Source of the DNA: a phage
Strand: one strand, 5' to 3'
Length of the DNA: 64,000 nt
NCBI GenBank assembly: GCA_020619395.1
Contig: GCA_020619395.1_4860.1
Below are positions 57,247 to 64,000 of the stretch, one piece after another. A model generated the notes under the pieces. The model searched no databases. It saw only the letters and a program-made list of their open reading frames with translations, and was not told the origin of the DNA. Each line of letters opens with the position of its first letter. Positions within the stretch are counted from its first letter, which is position 1. A program made the translations under genes and the position numbers.

Positions 57247-58164
57247 GGTTTAATTCTCCGTTTGGTTTATCATACCTCACGCAGAATCTGTAAATTTTAA
57301 TCAGCCAGGTACCGTCGTTTCTCAACGGGAGTACCCACCCCTCTCGTCTATTCCGAGCCGTCAAGATCCGATCACCCCACTTTGGAGTTATCCCCCAAGT
57401 CTGCGGTTCTACACGCAGACCCCTTTTCGACGCAACGCCGAATTCGAATCAGTTTTGGCCCGACGCCAGAGCGGAATCAGCGATAACTATCGGAGGTAAG
57501 TTCAACGACGTCTCTCCGCTGCCCAGTCCTCTGGCGCTGCCACGGTCAACTCGGATTTTGTCATGGGTGCGCAGTCGACTTTCTCGACACTCTCGCAAAC
57601 CGAACTACGCCCGACGTAGCACCGTCGGCAGGTCGGTTATTTACCGAGTACCTGAATGGGTGGTGATTGTCGGAATCCCCGCCGACGCTCACCGGTTCTG
57701 TTCCACGGCGAAAGTTTTCCAGAACATAATAAATCACGCAGTGTTAGATTGCGCTTTGTCGAAGACACCACGGTAGGTATTTTCGAAAAAGCGTCCTGGG
57801 TATCAGTCCCAGGACTTGGAGCCCTAGCGTGCAGGGTTTAAAAGTGATTGGACCATTGGCGCGGTCAATCGCTATTCGCATATAACAACAAACTCACGTA
57901 ATCAAAAAATTACCGGCTCGAGGCGTAGGCGTCCAGGAGCCGGTGAGTCACACAGCAGTGAGTCCCTCTGCGGGGATTTTCGTGGAGCTTGTCGTTGGAA
58001 TAAAAATCCGTCCCCGGACGGGTTGGTGTTGTGGGTCGACTTGTCAGAGTCTACCGACCAGGGAGGCGACCACCGAAGCTATGGGTTTTGGACATCGAGT
58101 GGTGGTCTGAACACACGATAGGGAAACCACGTAAAAAATACACAGGGTACCCAAACTAGGACTT

Positions 58165-58600
58165 CCGTCCGATCACGATCTCTTAATAAGGATCACGCGC
58201 GCGCCTGCACGCGTTTTAAGATCTTAATATATTAATATATTTATTTATATAAATAATTATAATAATTAAATATAATACCTAAAGGTATTATTATATTTAA
58301 TATTATTATATATCTTTTAAAAGATCCTGGAGGATACGGGTGTGCGCACGCGCACGCGTATAAGGAAAGGGTCTTCGACCCGATCCACAGGATCAATCTA
58401 AAAAACAATCTAAGTGATTGTTTTAAAAAGAAATTTTGAGAATTAGATTAAATTATCCCCTAAGGGGGATTTTAGAGCGAGTTAAACAACCCAAAGAACT
58501 CGTAAGTAACCGACAGTGTGTGTCGGTTACAGAACGATCCAGTTTTCACCCAGACATGGCACGAAGTGCTACCCAACGTGTGATCGTCGTCGCCGGCCGC
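58165..58600. other. origin/unwinding-element-like region: AT-rich core flanked by alternating CG tracts, GATC cluster, direct repeats and palindromes
   Basis: About 110-bp core with over 90% A+T (58213-58320) between cacgcgcgcgcctgcacgcg and gtgtgcgcacgcgcacgcg; 9 GATC at 58171, 58177, 58191, 58220, 58323, 58382, 58391, 58536, 58582; caatcta direct repeats 58393 and 58406; palindromes 58454-58470 and 58506-58530. Confidence 0.3.
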
Positions 58601-58958
58601 GACCGTCGTCCCGGAACCGAAACGGGAATGGCACTCTCGCGCTCTCAGCGGCCCGCTGGCGCGATTTTCCGGTATGGGGAACCCAAGTGTACTGGGTCTG
58701 AGTTAAATCTCGTTCTAGCGCTTTCTAGAGCGTTTTTAATAACTGGTTAAAAAACATACAATCCTGAATCCCCATTCCCTGAATTTCCTCGCCCCGACAA
58801 AAATAAATTCTCTGTCTCGATACATAACCCCCTCTAAAACGCACGTAACCGACCCTAGAAAACGATAAACTGCCAAAAACGAGCTACCCTACGTCGATAC
58901 CACCTAATCGTTTTCTGATGCTTCCCAGACCCCTTTAACCGGTTGGTTAAAAAGTAAC

Positions 58959-59009
58959 CAAAAAAATAAAAAAAAATAAGATTGGCGTACTCCCCGAAGA
59001 GAGTACGCC
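58959..59009 (-). terminator. rho-independent terminator after CDS 59017..59571
   Basis: Hairpin 58984-59009 (ggcgtactc / cccgaaga / gagtacgcc) with a long + strand A-run 58959-58980. Confidence 0.6.
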
Positions 59010-59016
59010 TAGTGAC

Positions 59017-59571
59017 TTAACACTTGATGGTGTAGCCATCAAGGCCAAGGTGTACTGGTTTTATCCATAACCCTGGCTCCCCGAAAATATTCAGGTCGTA
59101 AGTTTGGTAATGCATGATCTTTGCAGGAACATGCACACCCATGCGTTGCAGAAATTCCCAGACGGCGACGTAGCGTTCACGAGTGATGAACATTAGCCCG
59201 GAGTCGAACCCGGAACCGATGTCTAGGAAATTACCAAGAGAACTGTCAAAACTTGACACCCCATCTTGAGTAAGTGCGACCAACCCTTTAGTTAAATCTC
59301 TGTGGTTGTCAATGAAGTTACAGAGATCTACGATGGTTATTTGACCGTAAATACGACGGAGGACGGCAGCAACAGCCAAAATCTCGCTGGTATTTCCGTA
59401 GTCACCTAAAGGGTTATGGTCCATCATCGCAGTAATTATGCTTGTGTCGCAGAGGTCGATTAACCGCTGGTCATGTACCACCAGGTTAAGACCTTGCCCC
59501 ACCTGCACGGTTGGCGCAGTAAACATAGGAGGCTCCTTACGTTTTGACTGACTGTGAAGGTACTCTGGCAT
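59017..59571 (-). CDS. hypothetical protein
   Basis: 184-aa ORF with terminator immediately downstream. Confidence 0.55.
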   Translation of the reverse strand: MPEYLHSQSKRKEPPMFTAPTVQVGQGLNLVVHDQRLIDLCDTSIITAMMDHNPLGDYGNTSEILAVAAVLRRIYGQITIVDLCNFIDNHRDLTKGLVALTQDGVSSFDSSLGNFLDIGSGFDSGLMFITRERYVAVWEFLQRMGVHVPAKIMHYQTYDLNIFGEPGLWIKPVHLGLDGYTIKC

Positions 59572-60670
59572 CGTACATTAAAAAGATTTCCAGCAGGCTC
59601 ATACCCGTCGCGTAAAAGATTTGGTCTGTGATGACACTCACTAACGCATCTGGGTCAATCGCATCTACTGCAAAATCGCTGTCGAACTGCCAGAACTCGA
59701 CATCATCCCCCTTTTCAAACGTCGCGGCATACAATCCAGGTTTCACACCACGCCGGAACGAAAAGAGTTTTGCGTCAGACTCAGTGTCCTTACCATAAAT
59801 TTCCCCGTCGGTCCGTGTGATCGCTGCGCGTTTACACCGAGTTACCGTAAGGAGCGCACGGTTTGCAGATGCTTGCGATTTAAACGGATAGGGGCCATCG
59901 TATGTCGGGACATTCTGGTCGCCTAAGGCATCAAGTGCCTTACTCCGATAGACTACCGGAGACTTAAAATTACACAGTCGATTCCCTTCGGTAAACATTG
60001 TGTATTCGACCTTAACGTCGGTACCGACGAGGTCAGCAGGGGACACTTTGTAGTGTGCTAACTGTCCCTGCACGCGGCGAGAGAGCATCGATGCCAGGAA
60101 GGTATGGTTGCCCTGTGTACGCAAGACATAACCGAACTCTGTGCAGTCGACGATACGAGCGTCCATACGTCGTACAGGCTCTAGCCGGTAAGTCACATCA
60201 TTCGCTTCGATAAGAAACTGACTGATGCTAACATCGCGAGATCGATGTTTGATTGCTTCAAACACTTCACCCGCTTCCAGAATAGCTGGTTCAATTACAT
60301 TGACCTGGAATGGGAGGGGTTTCGTCGGCCGTTGACCCATTGTTGTCACTGTCATCGAACGTAGCCACGGATCGTCCTCGCTAGGGTCATTGGAAAGCCA
60401 ATGTGTTAACCAGCGAGAAAGGTTCTGAGGAATCGTTGCGGTTGAATATAAAATCACGGTACCCATTATACCTGCATCAGCTAGCAAGCGCGCGAGTACC
60501 GTGTTCATCGAATCGTATTTGCCATTTCGAAGAATAGGTAATCCCCCGACCTGGACCATTTCGCAGATGACGCCGTGCGGCAGCACCCACATCTTCACTT
60601 GTTGAGCAGAATGTATCTGCCCAGTGCGCAGCTTTTCTTGCCACGCGTGCTTACGTTCATAGTTCATCAT
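59537..60670 (-). CDS. hypothetical protein
   Basis: 377-aa ORF. Confidence 0.55.
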   Translation of the reverse strand: MMNYERKHAWQEKLRTGQIHSAQQVKMWVLPHGVICEMVQVGGLPILRNGKYDSMNTVLARLLADAGIMGTVILYSTATIPQNLSRWLTHWLSNDPSEDDPWLRSMTVTTMGQRPTKPLPFQVNVIEPAILEAGEVFEAIKHRSRDVSISQFLIEANDVTYRLEPVRRMDARIVDCTEFGYVLRTQGNHTFLASMLSRRVQGQLAHYKVSPADLVGTDVKVEYTMFTEGNRLCNFKSPVVYRSKALDALGDQNVPTYDGPYPFKSQASANRALLTVTRCKRAAITRTDGEIYGKDTESDAKLFSFRRGVKPGLYAATFEKGDDVEFWQFDSDFAVDAIDPDALVSVITDQIFYATGMSLLEIFLMYDARVPSQSVKT

Positions 60671-60742
60671 TGGGTAAAATCTCCTTCAGGTATACTCTCA
60701 GTATGATAACATATATCCGTAAATTTTTAGAGGTTTAGTGCC

Positions 60743-62119
60743 ATGTCTGAACTGGTTTATGATTTCAGTACCGGTTGTTATCGCGATACCGGAGTGAAGG
60801 TTGCCGTCGAATCATTCGGACGTGACCCATTCTTCGACGATGACACGTATTCTACGGGCTTGTATTACGACTATGGTTTTGGCGGCTACGTCCCGATGGG
60901 TTTGGTGGTTGCTGCAGAAGCCATGAAGAATGACCGATTACGTAAAGTGTTTGACGAATGTTTTAAACATGTCGTCATCGATCGTCGTTTTGCAAAGCAA
61001 ATTCAGCTTCACGTGGATAACATTCTTAAACGTGAAGGCAATGTGGAGTGGTTAGGGTCTAATCTATTAGGCGTCCACACCATTCGTTTCTACGATTCTG
61101 ACCGTAACCGCTTTTTTGAAGATGTCTTGAAAGTCGACGAAGACTATCTGTTCGAGATGATTAAAGAATCGGGCACGATTAACACCGACTGGGCAGTGGC
61201 GGGCGATCCGTATAACCTTTCCACGGTCTATACGCTACATCGGATGATGTCGAAGTTCGCCGATCGTGAAATTCATGCCGCGGCAGTGTCGTTGGTAACG
61301 TTGCTGCAATTCAAATTCTACTCCAGTATATATTACCACTTCTTCCCCAAGCCGGTCGACATGGCCGCCGCCGACGCCGCATACTCGATGTTGTCGTTAA
61401 AGTTCGATATCCGTCGTTTAGGCAACTGGGGCCTGCACATGCAGGAGCGTTCAGAATACTTCTGTTCTCCGGAGTACCCAAACTACGACGCGGTTAAACG
61501 TTTTGATACGCCAGACCTGGTATTGCGTTTTATCACCGACCTGAACACCCGTACCAAACAAACTGTGAAGGACTATTACGCGGTATTGGACAAAGTGCGT
61601 CGTGATAACAGTCGTGTAATTACGCAGTCAACCCGAATTGAGTTAGACGGTGAATCGATTATCCGTGACAAAGTGGGTGCGCTGGATATCGCTAAGCAGA
61701 ATTTGTTCGATGCGTCTTACGACATCAACAATCTCTACAAAGAGCAATTGGCAAAAGTGGTATTGGAGCTAGTACCCAAAGCATCTCCCGCGGCACTGAA
61801 AACTTTGCTGGCGTATATTGCAAGTCTACCGCTTGGCAAAAAGCGTGATGAGATTAACGCTATCATGGAGGACACGCTATCGCACGCGTTCGATGAGATT
61901 GTTACCTCTCGTCTGAACTTTAACGATGCGAGTACGGTTCTACTGCGTATGCGTTCGTTGTACCAGGCTTCGAAGTCCCCTAACCCATACGTGTTATCGT
62001 TGCGTGAACGGATTGAGAAACTGGCCGCACGGGAAACACACATCCGTCATGAAGCCGCTCTGGCTGCCTTACGTAATGCGTTACTGTTGTACTTCTTGAT
62101 CCGCTCTTTGCAGAAATGA
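60743..62119 (+). CDS. hypothetical protein
   Basis: 458-aa ORF followed by a strong terminator. Confidence 0.6.
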   Translation: MSELVYDFSTGCYRDTGVKVAVESFGRDPFFDDDTYSTGLYYDYGFGGYVPMGLVVAAEAMKNDRLRKVFDECFKHVVIDRRFAKQIQLHVDNILKREGNVEWLGSNLLGVHTIRFYDSDRNRFFEDVLKVDEDYLFEMIKESGTINTDWAVAGDPYNLSTVYTLHRMMSKFADREIHAAAVSLVTLLQFKFYSSIYYHFFPKPVDMAAADAAYSMLSLKFDIRRLGNWGLHMQERSEYFCSPEYPNYDAVKRFDTPDLVLRFITDLNTRTKQTVKDYYAVLDKVRRDNSRVITQSTRIELDGESIIRDKVGALDIAKQNLFDASYDINNLYKEQLAKVVLELVPKASPAALKTLLAYIASLPLGKKRDEINAIMEDTLSHAFDEIVTSRLNFNDASTVLLRMRSLYQASKSPNPYVLSLRERIEKLAARETHIRHEAALAALRNALLLYFLIRSLQK

Positions 62120-62120
62120 A

Positions 62121-62170
62121 ATAAAATGCCACCTCTCCAGTTTCGGAGAGGTGGCTACGTCGTATTTTTT
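62121..62170. terminator. rho-independent terminator after CDS 60743..62119
   Basis: Hairpin 62128-62155 (gccacctctcc / agtttc / ggagaggtggc) followed by tacgtcgtatttttt. Confidence 0.65.
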
Positions 62171-62185
62171 CGAGTTAAAGTTGAT

Positions 62186-62428
62186 TCAGGCGAGTGCTCC
62201 CGATACGGCAACTTGATGTAGGGTATACACAACGTGTAGCCCCGCGGTCGATAGTCCACCGATAAGCAATACGCCAAAGCTACAGATAATCTGACCGAGC
62301 CGCATTGTGCGTGTGCAGACATCGTGGCTTTGTGCGTGTATGCGTATTACTTCGATGGTGTGGCGTAAGCCAAAGTATAGGCAAATCCACATTACCAGCA
62401 CGATTGCGTAGTAGAGTTGAGTCATCAC
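62186..62428 (-). CDS. small predicted membrane protein
   Basis: 80-aa ORF with two hydrophobic helices (YYAIVLVMWICLYFGL and ICSFGVLLIGGLSTAGL); directly downstream of the terminase gene with a 4-nt overlap. Confidence 0.5.
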   Translation of the reverse strand: MMTQLYYAIVLVMWICLYFGLRHTIEVIRIHAQSHDVCTRTMRLGQIICSFGVLLIGGLSTAGLHVVYTLHQVAVSGALA

Positions 62429-64000
62429 TTCATCCTCTGTCGTTGGATTAGCTCTTTCAAGCTTTCCATCGATGCGACGTTACGAACGTCAGTGTTGAGT
62501 TGAGAGACGAGCGCTTGAATACGATTCTTGTACATGAGCTGTTGTACCGGGTCGGCTACAACTTGACTCTGCCTAATCATCGTTTCAATTTGCCCCATCA
62601 GTTGTTGTTGCTTTTCTTCTTCCTCGACTGCAGCCTCTTCATCGAATTCACCTGCCATGCCCCCGAGCATATTGCGGTTGCGCATCATCAGTCGGCTGTT
62701 ACTTATACCGTAGTGGCCTAAGTTGTTGCCGAACAGAAGTAACCACATTGCCAGGAGCCAGGATATTACCAGGTCATCGTGACCGGATGCACGGTGGTCT
62801 ATGCGCCCGTTTCGTTCGACGAGACCGAGGATTTGGTCGATCAATTCGCCTGACCGCAGTAAGTCCGCAGAAAGACGCAACGCCGTGGTAAATACTTCAC
62901 CATACAACTTACGGCGTTTATCCTGGTCGGTTGAGAAACCGATGTATTTACGGAATTTGTCCCAGAAGCGCTCTGGACTGCCCACAGGGCCACGATGGAA
63001 CTCTTTGTAAAGTTCATCGTTCCTTGAGTAATCCTGGGTCACTTTCACGTACAAACGACGATGCAAATCGCGAACCTTAGATTGCAGCTGCAGTATGATG
63101 GCATCTGCTACCGAGGAGCCGGTAGACCGTCGTTCCAGAATGAGTACCGTGTTCGGATATTCGATCATGAAGTCTGCTAAGTGAATCGCAAACCCGATGA
63201 CGTTTGTTTCGTTCACGGTGAGCTTGCCGGCATATTCGGCAGTGACAGAGTTGACGATTGACATGGCAATGGCGTCCCGCCCCACGGCTTCGGAAGTATC
63301 CAAACCGATGATGTGGCGGTCTTGCATTTTAACCAGCATCTGTTCTTCGGTGTAATACCAATCCGTTACGTAGTTGGAAGCAGAGATAATTTTCTGTGCT
63401 GCCCGAATACGCGAGGCGTTCATACGTCTTGCATCATCGCCTGAGAACGGTTTGTTGTAACCACCGGTTGTCCATTCACCACCGAAGTCACGGCGGATTT
63501 GGTCTGGTGTACCTGGGGCGTTCGCAATCATATCTGCGAGTTCTTCGTCCGTGGTACCGAGTTGGCGGTGGTTGTATTTCACGTAGAACATGATACGTGG
63601 AATCTTCGCAGTAGAGCCTTTGCGAATCATGTCAATCAGTTGTGCACGAGTCGGAATGTCGATATACCGTTCATCCCACGAAATCCCCGACGTCATCAGG
63701 CTGTACATGTACTCGCCTTCTTCTGTCGCCAAATCCCCAGGCGTTGTTGCGAAGACGTTGCCGTATGGAACACCTTCGGCTTCGTTAATACGACGCGCCG
63801 CGGTACCCGATGCTAGTGCAGCAGGGAGGATATGGTGGATGTTGTTGGTAAACGGTCCTTCATCCGAGAACAGGCGTCCGGCTGTGAGTCCACGGCCTAC
63901 CCCGTTCGCAGCTTCCTTATCGTTTTGACCGATGCCGGTGATAAGTTTGTTACCCTGCGCTAGACATGCAAATGTCTCACGGTTATCAGGATCGTCCGGG
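62425..64000 (-). CDS. terminase large subunit, C-terminal nuclease part (5' end of gene lies beyond the window)
   Basis: The reading frame stays open from 63732 to the window end; IIGLDTSEAVGRDAIAMSIV and GHDDLVISWLLAM match the acidic-residue motifs of terminase large-subunit RNase-H-like nuclease domains (recalled). Confidence 0.55.
   Translation of the reverse strand, partial: PDDPDNRETFACLAQGNKLITGIGQNDKEAANGVGRGLTAGRLFSDEGPFTNNIHHILPAALASGTAARRINEAEGVPYGNVFATTPGDLATEEGEYMYSLMTSGISWDERYIDIPTRAQLIDMIRKGSTAKIPRIMFYVKYNHRQLGTTDEELADMIANAPGTPDQIRRDFGGEWTTGGYNKPFSGDDARRMNASRIRAAQKIISASNYVTDWYYTEEQMLVKMQDRHIIGLDTSEAVGRDAIAMSIVNSVTAEYAGKLTVNETNVIGFAIHLADFMIEYPNTVLILERRSTGSSVADAIILQLQSKVRDLHRRLYVKVTQDYSRNDELYKEFHRGPVGSPERFWDKFRKYIGFSTDQDKRRKLYGEVFTTALRLSADLLRSGELIDQILGLVERNGRIDHRASGHDDLVISWLLAMWLLLFGNNLGHYGISNSRLMMRNRNMLGGMAGEFDEEAAVEEEEKQQQLMGQIETMIRQSQVVADPVQQLMYKNRIQALVSQLNTDVRNVASMESLKELIQRQRMK

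Larger units (their letters stand above)
54141..59016. other. coding-poor accessory island with RNA genes, an HslV-like gene and an origin-like element
   Basis: About 3.3 kb of this 4.9 kb has no ORF of 60 aa or more that looks real, against near-saturated coding elsewhere; GC in three hand-counted 60-nt noncoding samples was 58-63%; contains tRNA-Trp, tRNA-like elements, three minus-strand CDS and a GATC/AT-rich element. Confidence 0.5.

Noticed and set aside
57269-57294. Sigma70-like -35 (TTTACA) and -10 (TATGAT) upstream of island gene 56671..57246
   Set aside because: Spacer is only 14 nt, shorter than functional sigma70 promoters; kept only as a weak possibility.
58200-58340. Possible CRISPR array or tandem repeat in the AT-rich core
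   Set aside because: No regular repeat-spacer periodicity; the sequence is low-complexity A+T with short palindromes, not direct repeats of 25-40 bp.
58436-58750. 104-aa and 61-aa + strand ORFs inside the island
   Set aside because: No ribosome-binding site, they overlap perfect palindromes and the GATC cluster, and their composition is Arg/Gly/Ser-rich; more likely noncoding.
54141-59016. Island as a mobile element with recombinase or integrase
   Set aside because: No integrase, transposase or recombinase-like ORF and no clear terminal direct or inverted repeats were found; mobility cannot be claimed from this sequence.

Overview
The window reads as a densely coded segment of a large (jumbo-type) bacteriophage genome, most consistent with a nucleus-forming phiKZ-like (chimallivirus) lineage on an enterobacterial-like host. 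This is inference from gene content and motifs read by eye; no database search or folding program was run. Most genes lie on the minus strand in operon-like blocks separated by GC hairpin terminators flanked by A/T runs. Recognisable by motif: split multisubunit RNA polymerase genes (beta-like 26647..28884, beta-prime C-terminal-like 24542..26647, beta-prime N-terminal-like 38603..40198); a candidate nucleus-shell (chimallin) gene directly upstream of the beta-prime gene; a split family-B DNA polymerase (exonuclease gene 13852..15636, polymerase gene 43764..46043); an SF2 DExH helicase interrupted in its P-loop by a 346-aa class-3-type intein with a LAGLIDADG endonuclease domain; an SbcD/Mre11-like phosphoesterase; an SSB-like protein; an M48-type metallopeptidase-like protein; two tandem paralogous acidic-N-terminus proteins; and the C-terminal part of a terminase large subunit running off the right edge. 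The most unusual part is a ~4.9 kb coding-poor island (54141..59016) holding a canonical tRNA-Trp(CCA), two degenerate tRNA-like elements, an HslV-like N-terminal-threonine peptidase gene with no visible HslU partner, small proteins built from a repeated ~30-aa module, and an AT-rich element flanked by alternating CG tracts, a GATC cluster and perfect palindromes that looks like an origin or unwinding element. All functional calls are motif-level and need HMM, structure or experimental confirmation.
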